A DNA stretch of 64,000 nucleotides from Candidatus Bilamarchaeum sp. (GCA_035455205.1 DATIFM010000015.1:1986-65985); one strand, 5' to 3'; shown: positions 1-8,651, counted from the stretch's first letter. Notes: generated from the sequence alone by a model not told the origin. Numbers and translations: made by a program.

Positions 1-239
1 AAGATTTTAAGGGCGTCTTTTTTCCCTGTCTCGTAAATCAGGTACGCGGAGACGCCCATCATCGCATACAGGATAATCCATACCGGGCCGAAAAGCCAGT
101 TCGGGGGCGCAAAATCGGGTTTTACGAGAGTGGCGTACCACGTCGGGATGGAAGAGAATGTGAAAACCGAGCCGATAACGCCTGCGAGCTCGCAGATAAG
201 GACCGCGGCGATTAGAAGCTTCCACTTCATGGACTTCAT
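1..239 (-). CDS. tspO: TspO/MBR family tryptophan-rich sensory protein (N-terminal part; gene runs off the window edge)
   Basis: My own translation from ATG 237-239 gives MKSMKWKLLIAAVLICELAGVIGSVFTFSSIPTWYATLVKPDFAPPNWLFGPVWIILYAMMGVSAYLIYETGKKDALKI. It fits the TspO signature Y..L.KP.F.PP.W.F.PVW..LY..MG. It is absent from the ORF track because it has no in-window stop. The listed 7..225 ORF is a different, Arg-rich frame. Confidence 0.8.
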   Translation of the reverse strand, partial: MKSMKWKLLIAAVLICELAGVIGSVFTFSSIPTWYATLVKPDFAPPNWLFGPVWIILYAMMGVSAYLIYETGKKDALKI

Positions 240-258
240 TTTCCGGCGAGGCTAATAA

Positions 259-515
259 AGCAGGCGCCCCGCGGGTCGGCCGGAGCTCCAGGGGTATGGC
301 AGCGGAAATTTCGTCCAGACGCTATTGAAGAGCGACCTCGTGGACGAGTTGCGCCTCAAAATCTACACGATAACCTTGGGCCAGGGAAAGAGGCTTTTGC
401 CGAAGGGACAATACCTGCCGCTTTCAAGCTCATTTACAGTAAACCGTCCCCGGATGGAGTCATCGAGGCCATGCACAAGAAAGCGGGCGAAATGAAGGCC
501 GGCTCCTTCGAATAG
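259..515 (+). pseudogene. Remnant of a RibD C-terminal/dihydrofolate-reductase-like family gene (C-terminal ~80 aa only, frameshifted)
   Basis: Frame 1 reads PELQGYGSGNFVQTLLKSDLVDELRLKIYTITLGQGKRL. After the T-run at 395-398 the family-typical continuation TIPAAFKLIYSKPSPDGVIEAMHKKAGEMKAGSFE* is in the -1 frame. An in-frame TAA at 256-258 removes any N-terminal half, and there is no start codon. Confidence 0.6.
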
Positions 516-575
516 GCGGACTTACGGCTCGTTTTGGGCCGCCCTATCGGCGTGAGCCCGAAGGGGCTCCCAAGC

Positions 576-1214
576 TTATGATGGTTTGGCGGAAAAAAGG
601 CCGTTTCCGTTCGCTTTTGCCATCTGATACTGAAGATGGGATGGGTTATTCCAAACCATGACAAGCTGCTCGCCATTTTCAGCGTCTATTCCGGTATCAA
701 CAAACCCGTTTTTTTGGAAGAACCTGGAAGGGCCGATGCCGTTAGCCTCCAGCTCTATCAGCTCATGCCCCTGGCCCTTGATGAATTCCAAGAACCGGCT
801 GCCGATGCCCATATTATGCCTGAAAACATCCAGCCTGGAGATATAGAGCACGGCCCCGAGCCCGGTGTAATCGGCATATCCGTTATATTGGGCAAGCGAC
901 GTCCGTGAAACCGGCTTCCCGTTGAAATCGGTCAGGTCCCCATTGGATGACAGCGCATCCAGCATCGAAATAGCTCCAATCGAGGGGTTGGGCGGCTTTT
1001 CACTACAAATTGCGTAGCCAAGAAGTTTGCCCCGTTCCGAGCTGGCGACATAGACGACCTTCTCCTTATCCGGAATCAGGGAGGTTTTTTCATCACTCAA
1101 TTCGAAATGATACCCCTTGGGTTTGAAATGGTAAAGCTTGTCGAATGATCTTTGGAGCCGGGCCGAAGCCTCCCTATCGGCCTCGTTTACTCTCCAAAAT
1201 TTGAGCTCTTGCAT
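576..1214 (-). CDS. GNAT family N-acetyltransferase
   Basis: 212-aa ORF. The GNAT-style core is ISRLDVFRHNMGIGSRFLEFIKGQGHELIELEANGIGPSRFFQKNGF (acetyl-CoA loop plus a C-terminal F..K.GF). Confidence 0.8.
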   Translation of the reverse strand: MQELKFWRVNEADREASARLQRSFDKLYHFKPKGYHFELSDEKTSLIPDKEKVVYVASSERGKLLGYAICSEKPPNPSIGAISMLDALSSNGDLTDFNGKPVSRTSLAQYNGYADYTGLGAVLYISRLDVFRHNMGIGSRFLEFIKGQGHELIELEANGIGPSRFFQKNGFVDTGIDAENGEQLVMVWNNPSHLQYQMAKANGNGLFSAKPS

Positions 1215-1276
1215 AGACTTATTGTGTTAAGAAGTGTTTAAAAACGAATATTAGTTAGGAGAAAATGCCCCTTCGG

Positions 1277-1780
1277 CTATGCGAACTTCTCCACAAGCCC
1301 GAGCCTGCGTATCTCATCGATGAGGGGGCCGTTGCATGAATAGGTGTAGCTCGTGGCGAATTTCTCTGCCCCGAGCTTGTCAACGATGCAGGTGGCGGTA
1401 AGCCCATCAAGGCCGGAAAAGCCGGGCGAGCTGTCTATCCTGGCATTTATATCGTCGATTTCCTCCTGGCTGCCGGAGTTCTCGGCCAAAATCCTGCCTA
1501 TCTGGGCCTTGCTTATCCCGCGGACAGTGACCGCGCAGCTTGTGTCCAGTTGAGGGCCGGTTATCTCGGCAATGGCTGGAGGGACGTGCTCGAAAAGCAT
1601 CACTTTCGCAGGAGCGCATCTTTGCATCGAAGCCTCGAAGCAATCCTGGCCGTCAGCGGAAAAAACGCCGCAGTCGCCCCCGAAACCTTCTCCCGTGACC
1701 GGCTGTTGGGCTGGACCGCCGCCGGTCATGCCGCAGAGTGAAAACAATGAGATGACCATCAATGCCGGAATGATTTCCAT
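1277..1780 (-). CDS. Secreted Cys-rich lipoprotein, unknown function (paralog of 9045..9491)
   Basis: Signal peptide with lipobox (LFSLCG). The Cys pattern CF..6..C...AEITG...C.V...C.V...C.GPL.D is shared with the 9045..9491 product. Confidence 0.7.
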   Translation of the reverse strand: MEIIPALMVISLFSLCGMTGGGPAQQPVTGEGFGGDCGVFSADGQDCFEASMQRCAPAKVMLFEHVPPAIAEITGPQLDTSCAVTVRGISKAQIGRILAENSGSQEEIDDINARIDSSPGFSGLDGLTATCIVDKLGAEKFATSYTYSCNGPLIDEIRRLGLVEKFA

Positions 1781-1853
1781 GCTTTTGCTGGGGGATTTAC
1801 GCTTATTAAGGGTTCTTCCTGGGCGTGCCGAGCAGAGCCCCGTGTTTTAGCTG

Positions 1854-2627
1854 TCAAAATGCGCCGTATCTGCGCTCCATTGCAGAAACCAGCCCGGGGA
1901 AAGCGGCTTGGACGAAATCCCGGTCCAGGACCTCGAGTATTTTCCGGTACAACCCCATATTCCGCAGGAAATCCTCGGGGGAATGCAGTAATTCGTCAGT
2001 TAGCAGCTTGTAAAGCAGCTCGTTGGAGTCGTTCAGGATATACACCCTCCCGATATCGATTTTCCCCTTTACTGATACTTCGTTAGACTTGTCATCGGCG
2101 CCGAGGAACAATTCCCTCCCCACCGGGTCTATCGCAAGCAGGAGGATCCTCGGGGCCGTGATGGCGACACGGATGGATTCGAATTGATAGCGGTTGCTGT
2201 TTATTTCCGAGAAATGCTTCCATTTCTGGGTGTACGGGAAGAGGTCCCGTAGCAATGCGACGCACGAGGTCCATGCGGTGCCGGTATTGTCATGGTTTCC
2301 AAAATAAGACATCCTTTCCGGTGCGCCTTCGGCGTAATCCCAGCTATGGTACAAAACCCTTGAAATGAACTTGTAATTGTCCACCGCCCTGAAAAGGAGC
2401 CCGTGGGGGGAATCCAGGGGCCTCGGCGCATCGAATTTGAACTCCCTGCGCAGCCCCATGCAGTCGGCGAGCTGGCTGCCGACGCCGTCTATTTTCAGGC
2501 CGCTCGGGGCAGCAGGGTATTCCGGGTCGGTTTTTTTCCACGCCCGTATCCTCGCCCTCGATTTCGCTGGCATTGCCGGCTTTGGCTTGAGCTCGTCGGG
2601 GAAATGGAGGTTTTTGAATTTTGCCAC
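1854..2627 (-). CDS. Hypothetical protein
   Basis: 257-aa ORF with balanced composition and G/C-rich third positions. The overlapping alternative frames are Arg/Pro-rich. No family recognised. Confidence 0.65.
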   Translation of the reverse strand: MAKFKNLHFPDELKPKPAMPAKSRARIRAWKKTDPEYPAAPSGLKIDGVGSQLADCMGLRREFKFDAPRPLDSPHGLLFRAVDNYKFISRVLYHSWDYAEGAPERMSYFGNHDNTGTAWTSCVALLRDLFPYTQKWKHFSEINSNRYQFESIRVAITAPRILLLAIDPVGRELFLGADDKSNEVSVKGKIDIGRVYILNDSNELLYKLLTDELLHSPEDFLRNMGLYRKILEVLDRDFVQAAFPGLVSAMERRYGAF

Positions 2628-2681
2628 GCGGTTAATTATGGATTTGAATATTTATATTTGTTTCCACTTATGGACACATAT

Positions 2682-2996
2682 TCATTTCAGCCGGGAAAGC
2701 GCCGCTTCCCTGACTTTTCCTGAAGAAGTTTCCGCTATCTGGTGGAGCAAATCCCTGCCGGTCGCCCTGCCCCCCGGGACATTGGCATCTATGTGTTCGT
2801 CCTTAATCTCGGAAATTGCCCTTATCGTCATATCTTCGTGCAAGGGAAGCCCCCAGCGTATCGAGGAATCCAGCTCTATCATGGCGGCCAGGGAATCCAG
2901 CCTCCCGTATAATGTCCTGCAGATGCCCGCCCTGTCGCCGTCCGTCTGGAACGCGAACCTCGTGCCCCTGGTTGATGCTGGCTTGCCTTGAATCAT
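2682..2996 (-). CDS. Hypothetical protein
   Basis: 104-aa ORF directly upstream of, and co-oriented with, 1854..2627. Its composition is more protein-like than the overlapping 2803..3318 Arg-rich ORF. Confidence 0.5.
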   Translation of the reverse strand: MIQGKPASTRGTRFAFQTDGDRAGICRTLYGRLDSLAAMIELDSSIRWGLPLHEDMTIRAISEIKDEHIDANVPGGRATGRDLLHQIAETSSGKVREAALSRLK

Positions 2997-3038
2997 GTTG
3001 TAGAATGTGGATAGAAGGCTTTTTAATTGCCCGGCCGC

Positions 3039-3278
3039 TTATTTTTCGGCCATGCTCCTTGCAAGCATGCCCGTCAGGAACAGCAAAACGCCGGCCAAAA
3101 CGAGCAGAAAAGACACGCCGTTCAATGACTGGACGAGCATCCGGTGAATCACGTTGAGGAATTCGGCCGGCGACTCTGCTGGAAACGCGGACGCCGCGAA
3201 AATCGCGCCTATCAGCATAAGGCCGTACAGGCAGGTCATGATTCCGATGTACGGCCAGTCCATCGCCTTGCCCTTCAT
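3039..3278 (-). CDS. Small membrane protein (2 predicted TM helices)
   Basis: 79 aa with two hydrophobic stretches: YIGIMTCLYGLMLIGAIFAASAF and VSFLLVLAGVLLFLTGML. Confidence 0.55.
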   Translation of the reverse strand: MKGKAMDWPYIGIMTCLYGLMLIGAIFAASAFPAESPAEFLNVIHRMLVQSLNGVSFLLVLAGVLLFLTGMLARSMAEK

Positions 3279-3300
3279 GCAATCGAAATCCGTGCCAAGA

Positions 3301-3310
3301 TATATAAAAA
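3301..3310 (+). promoter_or_regulatory. TATA-box-like element for the 3343 gene
   Basis: TATATAAAAA lies about 35 nt upstream of ATG 3343, with GAGGAG (3331-3336) as a Shine-Dalgarno. Confidence 0.4.
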
Positions 3311-3342
3311 CTATTCAAGAGAAAAGCTCCGAGGAGATTCTG

Positions 3343-3711
3343 ATGATTATCGGCGAATACGTGCTCGAATACAAGGGTAACAATACCTACGGGAAAAGGG
3401 GCGGCATGGGCATCGGCATGAAGATAGACGATGTCCGGAAAAGCGGGGAAAACCTTGAAGTCGAGTACTCGTTCCAGGCGGATTACCGGGAGCAGGGCAA
3501 AATACTTGTCCGGGGAGTCCTTATTGCGAAGGAAAACGACTCAAAAAAAATCCTCGACGGCTGGGCCGCGAACAAGCAGCTTCCGGAGGATTTTGCAAAA
3601 AACGTCTACACGGCGATAAACTACAGCGGATGCTCGAACGGCACCCTCGTAGCAAAGGTTCTCGGCCACACCGCGCCGCTCATCCCGCCGAAAGTCCACT
3701 CGAAATCCTGA
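3343..3711 (+). CDS. Hypothetical protein
   Basis: I chose the internal Met (MIIGEYVLEYKGNN...) of the 3154..3711 ORF. The upstream part overlaps the 3039..3278 gene, and a TATA box plus SD precede 3343. Confidence 0.6.
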   Translation: MIIGEYVLEYKGNNTYGKRGGMGIGMKIDDVRKSGENLEVEYSFQADYREQGKILVRGVLIAKENDSKKILDGWAANKQLPEDFAKNVYTAINYSGCSNGTLVAKVLGHTAPLIPPKVHSKS

Positions 3712-3754
3712 AACGCCCCCAGGTCTTTTAATTTTTCCCGAAGCATGGCTTAGC

Positions 3755-4768
3755 GTGTTCGAAATAGGGATCTACAATTTCGGGGAAATAACGCCGAATC
3801 CCGTTACGGGGAAGATGGCAAGCGCCGGCGAGCGGATACAGCAGCTCCTGGAGCAGGCAGAGGCGGCCGACAAGGCCGGCCTCGACGTGTTCGCCTTGGG
3901 AGAGCACCACCGAGGCGATTTCGCCGTTTCCGCTCCCACTGTCGTCCTTGCCGCAGCTGCCGAAAGGACCAAAAAAATCAGGCTTTCCACTTCGGTATCC
4001 ATCCTCAGTTCCGACGACCCAGTGAGGGTGTACCAGCAGCACGCAACGCTGGACTTGATCTCCAAGGGGCGCGCCGAAATGATGGTCGGCAGGGGCTCGT
4101 ATACCGAATCGTTTCCGCTATTTGGCTACAGCCTCGGGGATTACGACGATTTATTCGAGGAAAAGCTCCGCCTCCTCATGGAGATTCAGGATAACAACCC
4201 AATATCCTGGAAGGGCAGGTTCAGGCCCCCCCTGAAGAATGCGGACATCGCCCCGAGGCCGGAGCGGAAGCTCCCGCTCTGGGTGGCGGTTGGCGGCGCC
4301 CCGGCATCCGTGGCCCGCGCAGCGCAGCTGAAGCTTCCCCTCGCCCTGGCCATAATCGGGGGGGAGTGGAGGCGATTCAGGCCGTTCACGGACCTTTACC
4401 GGAAAACCAGCAGTCTGCCGATAGGCATAAACACGCCCGGGTTCGTCGCAAAAACGGCCGGGGAGGTCTACGAGATAGGCTTCCCGTATTTTGCAAAGGG
4501 ATGGATGGAGAACTTCCACGAGCGCCACCACGGGATAAAAGTGACGAAGGAGACTTTCGCGGCCCAGTCAGGCCCGGAGGGCGCGCTGTTCTTCGGGACA
4601 GTGGATGAAATCGTCGAAAAGATTGTCGCCCAGCACAAGGTTTTCGGGCATCAGCGCTTCATGATGCAACTGGGCTTCGGGAACGTCCCGCAGGAAGAGG
4701 CGTTGAAATCGATTGAGCTCCTGGGGAAGGAGGTTGCCCCGAGAGTGAGGAAGCTAGTACAAGAATAA
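3755..4768 (+). CDS. LLM-class (luciferase-like) flavin-dependent oxidoreductase
   Basis: 337 aa. The N-terminus has the typical form FGEITPNP..G...S.GERIQQLLEQAEAADKAGLDVFALGEHH, followed by RLSTSVSILSSDDPVRVYQQHATLDLISKGRAEMMVGRGS. Confidence 0.9.
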   Translation: MFEIGIYNFGEITPNPVTGKMASAGERIQQLLEQAEAADKAGLDVFALGEHHRGDFAVSAPTVVLAAAAERTKKIRLSTSVSILSSDDPVRVYQQHATLDLISKGRAEMMVGRGSYTESFPLFGYSLGDYDDLFEEKLRLLMEIQDNNPISWKGRFRPPLKNADIAPRPERKLPLWVAVGGAPASVARAAQLKLPLALAIIGGEWRRFRPFTDLYRKTSSLPIGINTPGFVAKTAGEVYEIGFPYFAKGWMENFHERHHGIKVTKETFAAQSGPEGALFFGTVDEIVEKIVAQHKVFGHQRFMMQLGFGNVPQEEALKSIELLGKEVAPRVRKLVQE

Positions 4769-4805
4769 AATTAAGGAAAAAAAGAAATTACCAATCTGGA
4801 AGCGT

Positions 4806-4949
4806 TTAGAACCGGGATTTCGGCTTGTAGCAGTTCTTGCAGTATACCGGCCTTCCTTCGGTTGGCTTGAACGGTACCTGGCAGGGCTGCCCGCATTTCG
4901 CGCATGTTGCGTCAAACATTTCTCTATCGCTTCCGCCTTCATATGCCAT
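4806..4949 (-). CDS. CxxC-x17-CxxC zinc-binding small protein
   Basis: The last 47 aa of the 159-aa ORF read MAYEGGSDREMFDATCAKCGQPCQVPFKPTEGRPVYCKNCYKPKSRF. GGTG sits 7 nt before ATG 4949. The upstream ORF extension is Arg-rich junk. Confidence 0.75.
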   Translation of the reverse strand: MAYEGGSDREMFDATCAKCGQPCQVPFKPTEGRPVYCKNCYKPKSRF

Positions 4950-5080
4950 ATATACACCTTTTTTATTGGAAAGTCTGGCTTTCCAACTTATCGGAATTAA
5001 TCCAGTCGCAATCTTAATACCTGCTATTTCGGGATTTTCCGCCTTAAACGCGGGATTCGGCCATTTTGTTCCAGCATTAA

Positions 5081-5743
5081 CTACCGAATTCTTCGCCCGC
5101 CCCGGGGCTCGGCCGGATGAAGGCGGGCGTAGGAAAGATACGAGTACGCGACGCTGGCGAGCGCCGCGGAGGCTACGGAGCCGAAAATGACGATGAATGA
5201 GTATTCCGGGATGAGCGCGGAAAGCAGGCACAGAGCGCCTGCGGCCATGAAGAGCTTCGAGCCGAGCCGGTGGGTTTTTGCCCACACCTCGGTGCTGCTC
5301 AGCGTCCAGGGCGTCCGTATCCCGATTGACCAGTTCTGCTTCGCCTTCGCGAGGAAGCTCCCGAGATAGAAAATCAGGCCGCCAAGGAGCACGGGCATCG
5401 TGAGGTTGAAGTTGATCCGGGTGCCGAGGTTCCAGAGCATCGCCTGGGCGTGCACGAGCAGGAGGAAGAGCAGCATTGCGATGCAGAACCTGAAATACGC
5501 CTTTTTGAAGGATTCGATGTTCGCGCGGAGCGGGTCGACCATGGGAACCGCGAGGAATACGAGCGCGAGCACCCCTGAAATCGCCGGGAGGAGGAAAGCC
5601 GCGTATTCCCTGGGCATGTAGCCGTCCGCTTCACCGGACGCGTTCCAGTGGGACACTGCGATTCCGGGGAGATGCGGGTAGGCATACGCCCCCACGGCGA
5701 ACGAAATGACGACCAAAAGGGCAATAGCTTTGAGCTCTATCAT
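5081..5743 (-). CDS. SdpI/DUF1648 family membrane protein
   Basis: 220 aa. It has a DUF1648-like start (PGIAVSHWNASGEADGYMPRE) and an SdpI-like NWSIGIRTPWTLSSTEVWAKTHR, with multiple TM helices. Confidence 0.75.
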   Translation of the reverse strand: MIELKAIALLVVISFAVGAYAYPHLPGIAVSHWNASGEADGYMPREYAAFLLPAISGVLALVFLAVPMVDPLRANIESFKKAYFRFCIAMLLFLLLVHAQAMLWNLGTRINFNLTMPVLLGGLIFYLGSFLAKAKQNWSIGIRTPWTLSSTEVWAKTHRLGSKLFMAAGALCLLSALIPEYSFIVIFGSVASAALASVAYSYLSYARLHPAEPRGGRRIR

Positions 5744-5780
5744 GAGCGGAATTCTCGGAGCGGCTTATTTATCCCTTTGT

Positions 5781-6287
5781 TCAGGGCTGAAAATGCCCCA
5801 GAACCGCCTTTACGTTGATATGGCAGTATCCGCCCGGGTTCTTCACTAGGTATTTCTGGTGGTATTCCTCGGCAGGCCAGAACGTCCCTGCAGGCTCTAT
5901 TGAAGTGGCTATCGGCTGGGAGTATTTCTTCTGCTCCATGGCCTTCGACGCTTCAGCGGCCTTCTTCTGCTCCTCCGAATGGAAGAATATCACCGGCCGG
6001 TACTGCGAGCCTATGTCGTTGCCCTGCCCGTCCGCCTGCGTCGGGTGGTGGGACATCCAGAACACCTCGAGCAGTTTCCCGTAAGTAGTCACGGTCGGGT
6101 CGTAAGTCATCTGGACGACTTCCACGTGGCCGGTCGTGTCGTCGCAGACCTGCTGGTAAGTCGGCTTCTTTGTCGAGCCGCCCATGTAGCCTACGGCCGT
6201 CTCCTTCACTCCCTTTATCTGCCTGAAAAGCTCCTCGGTGCCCCAGAAGCACCCTCCGCCGAATGTCGCCTTTTCCATGAGAACCAA
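5781..6287 (-). CDS. msrA: Peptide-methionine (S)-S-oxide reductase
   Basis: [15 protein letters not shown] active-site motif, [11 protein letters not shown] and YHQKYL. 168 aa. Confidence 0.95.
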   Translation of the reverse strand: MVLMEKATFGGGCFWGTEELFRQIKGVKETAVGYMGGSTKKPTYQQVCDDTTGHVEVVQMTYDPTVTTYGKLLEVFWMSHHPTQADGQGNDIGSQYRPVIFFHSEEQKKAAEASKAMEQKKYSQPIATSIEPAGTFWPAEEYHQKYLVKNPGGYCHINVKAVLGHFQP

Positions 6288-6321
6288 TCCGCCAGATTCT
6301 TTTATATACGCGAGCCAGATT

Positions 6322-7386
6322 CTACTTCGTTATGGTCTGCTTGGGCCTTGCTATCTTCAGCAGCGGGTCAGAGAGCCACGGCGAGAAGTCTATGCCGGCG
6401 CTCGTCATCCTGGAGGTGAGCTCCATCAGCGCCCCGCTCGGGGTGTCGGCCGCCATCACCGCGTCGAAGCTCCCCGCCCCGAGCTTCCCGTCCACTATCC
6501 TCCGCACTTCCGTAAAATTGCCCGTCAGGAAGGCCCGCCTGAGGACGGAGTCGTCTTCGACGAGCTTCTGCAGCATGAATGCGACGCGCAGCTGCTGCGG
6601 ATAGGATGAATACGTCGTGTCATGGCCCGCATTCCTCGTCAGCTGCTGCGCGTAAAGCTCGGCAAGGCCTTCGTGGAGCCAGACCGCGGAGGGGCGGGCG
6701 CCGTTGAACACGGGCGCTCCCGCAGCCCCCCTCCAGCGCATGTTGCTGGGGTCTCCTCCGCCAAGGTGCGCGGCGTAATGGAGCGTTTCGTGGAGTATGG
6801 TGCGCCTCCGGTCGGCCTCCACTGCCAGGTCGTCGGCGATTATGATGTGGTTCGTTCCGGGCGAGTAATACGCGTTTGCGCCTGCCCCTTCGGCCTGCTC
6901 GAGGGCATCGAAAAAGCTGCGCGGCGCGGTAGTGAATACGGGCGGAGTCTGCCTGAGCCTGCCGCTTATCACTGGCCCGAGGAAGCTCTCGCCGAGCAAT
7001 CCCACGGCCTCATGGCCCTCGGCGTTCGGGCCGGACGACTGGGCCGAATCCGGGGATACGGATGCCGGAAAAGCATTATTGGGAACTGCGCTCCTGAATT
7101 TCTGGTATTCCCGGTCCACGCGCCTATCCGCCTCTTCGCTCCCTCCCACGATGGTTGCGGGGCGCTCGTGGCCCCGCTCGCAGCTGGAGAATATGTCCTC
7201 CTCCGAGAAATGCTGGGCGGGCGCGCTGGACAGGAAAAGGGACACCTTCGAAGAATGGAGCGAGAGCTGCGAAAGCGACGCCAGGGCTATTTCCGCAGAC
7301 TGGCGCGCAACTGGCGCTTCCGGGCGGAAAGGGTTCGGGCCCGGCGGGGCGGCTTCGGTTTCGGCCTGCGCCTGCTTCAGCACCAT
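6322..7386 (-). CDS. Gluzincin-type (HExxH...WLHEGLAE) metallopeptidase-like protein; cargo gene of cassette copy 1
   Basis: HETLH is followed 29 aa later by [10 protein letters not shown], the MA-clan HExxH + (N/H)EGxA pattern. I chose the start at ATG 7384-7386 ([15 protein letters not shown]...). GGGAGG lies 8 nt upstream and there is a 1-nt TGATG overlap with the preceding ORF. Confidence 0.7.
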   Translation of the reverse strand: MVLKQAQAETEAAPPGPNPFRPEAPVARQSAEIALASLSQLSLHSSKVSLFLSSAPAQHFSEEDIFSSCERGHERPATIVGGSEEADRRVDREYQKFRSAVPNNAFPASVSPDSAQSSGPNAEGHEAVGLLGESFLGPVISGRLRQTPPVFTTAPRSFFDALEQAEGAGANAYYSPGTNHIIIADDLAVEADRRRTILHETLHYAAHLGGGDPSNMRWRGAAGAPVFNGARPSAVWLHEGLAELYAQQLTRNAGHDTTYSSYPQQLRVAFMLQKLVEDDSVLRRAFLTGNFTEVRRIVDGKLGAGSFDAVMAADTPSGALMELTSRMTSAGIDFSPWLSDPLLKIARPKQTITK

Positions 7387-7667
7387 CAGGAAGGCCTCCC
7401 GGAATCCAGTTCCGCGCATATCTCCGCAAACCTGCGGAGGCGGCCTGCTGCCCCGTCCTTCGGACCCGTGAGCGATTCCCGGGCCCAGCCTGAAAGGAGC
7501 CGGTGGGACGATTCAAGGTAGGCCCGGACCGTCTCCTGTTCTGCCGTCCTTTCCTTCATGGCTGAAAGCTCGGCAAGCGCGGCCTCGATTTTTGAGAGCG
7601 AGTAGCTCACCTTGCCAAGGGTTTCCGCTTCGAGCGAAGACGCCCGCTCGGAAAATGAAGGCATCAT
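7386..7667 (-). CDS. Small helical protein (homolog of 57159..57461); adaptor/chaperone-like partner of the downstream gene
   Basis: 93 aa. SLSKIEAALAEL...YLESSHRLLSGW...RRFAEICAEL aligns with TLSALESALASW...YLKFRDALAAW...EMFVKLCREY of the ORF upstream of the giant gene. ATGA overlap with the VOC gene. Confidence 0.6.
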   Translation of the reverse strand: MMPSFSERASSLEAETLGKVSYSLSKIEAALAELSAMKERTAEQETVRAYLESSHRLLSGWARESLTGPKDGAAGRLRRFAEICAELDSGRPS

Positions 7668-8065
7668 TTCTTCACGGGCTCCCAGATGGCAAGGGCGTTG
7701 CCTTCGGAATCGGTGAAGAACGCGAGCCTGCCTACGCCGGGGACGTTGACCCTCTCGCCCATTTCCTTCCCGCCGTTCTTCTTTATCACTTCCATGGTCT
7801 TGTCGACGCTCTCGACCTGGACGTAATTGGTTATCGGCTGGCCCGGGTACATCCGCTTCATCATCCCGCCGGAGTTGAGCTGGCTCATCTCGTAGCCGTC
7901 CCCGGCCTTTTCCAGCTTCGCCTTTCCGGTCATGACGCCGTGATAGTCAGCGGGTATGCCGGGCATCTTGGACTTCTCGATGCTCCACCCGAAAACCTTC
8001 ATGTAGAACTTCTTCGCCCTTTCGAGGTCGTCAGCCGGAATCTCGAAATACGCTATGTTTCCCAT
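7664..8065 (-). CDS. VOC (glyoxalase/bleomycin-resistance fold) family protein
   Basis: The start MGNIAYFEIPADDLERAKKFYMKVFGW and the ending GRLAFFTDSEGNALAIWE are typical VOC beta-alpha-beta modules. Confidence 0.85.
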   Translation of the reverse strand: MGNIAYFEIPADDLERAKKFYMKVFGWSIEKSKMPGIPADYHGVMTGKAKLEKAGDGYEMSQLNSGGMMKRMYPGQPITNYVQVESVDKTMEVIKKNGGKEMGERVNVPGVGRLAFFTDSEGNALAIWEPVKK

Positions 8066-8210
8066 CCCATCACCGCAGGGACTGGGCAGGTAAAATTAAT
8101 ATTTTGTGCGCTTTGTTTCGGTAAAGTTGTGTTTATTTTTCTGTTAGAATGTACCCCGGGGGTTTTGGGAATCCGGAATAGTTTTTAATGCCGCGAGGTA
8201 TTAATTTTCC

Positions 8211-8651
8211 ATGCGGGAATTGGTTCTTGCCCTTGCCATCATCCTCGTTTCCGGCTGCGTCTCAGAGCCGCCGGCAAACGAGACGGACCGGCTCGAATCC
8301 TGCCTCATCGCATGCAACGATTCCTTCACGCCGAACGGCTATGTCACGTGCAAGGCCGCCTGCTACACCAACGACGCCGAGGAACACCTCGAGGCGGGCA
8401 GGTGCGGGGCGATAAGCCGGATGGAGGAGTTCAAGGCGCTCGGCACGAACTCCACCTTCTGGTACGTTACCTGCGTCGGCAATGTAGCCCTGAGGAAGCG
8501 GGACGCCCTCGCCTGCTCGAAAATACCCCCGGGGATAGACCAGGACGTGTGCATCGCGGGCGTTGCCGAGAGCACCGGGAACCCCGCCATCTGCAATGGC
8601 ATAAACAATTCGATGGTGAAGGAAGCGTGCGTCGCCGACGCTACGGGCTAG
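8211..8651 (+). CDS. Cys-rich lipoprotein, unknown function
   Basis: Lipobox LVSGC follows a hydrophobic signal. There are 12 Cys in 146 aa. Confidence 0.7.
   Translation: MRELVLALAIILVSGCVSEPPANETDRLESCLIACNDSFTPNGYVTCKAACYTNDAEEHLEAGRCGAISRMEEFKALGTNSTFWYVTCVGNVALRKRDALACSKIPPGIDQDVCIAGVAESTGNPAICNGINNSMVKEACVADATG

Noticed and set aside
4806-5285. A 159-aa ORF. The 11269..11928 and 15539..16183 ORFs are over-long in the same way.
   Set aside because: Only the 3' portions are credible: the CxxC-x17-CxxC protein, the HTH protein and the antitoxin-like protein. The 5' extensions overlap neighbouring genes or are Arg/Gly-rich, and internal Mets have SD or overlap contexts.
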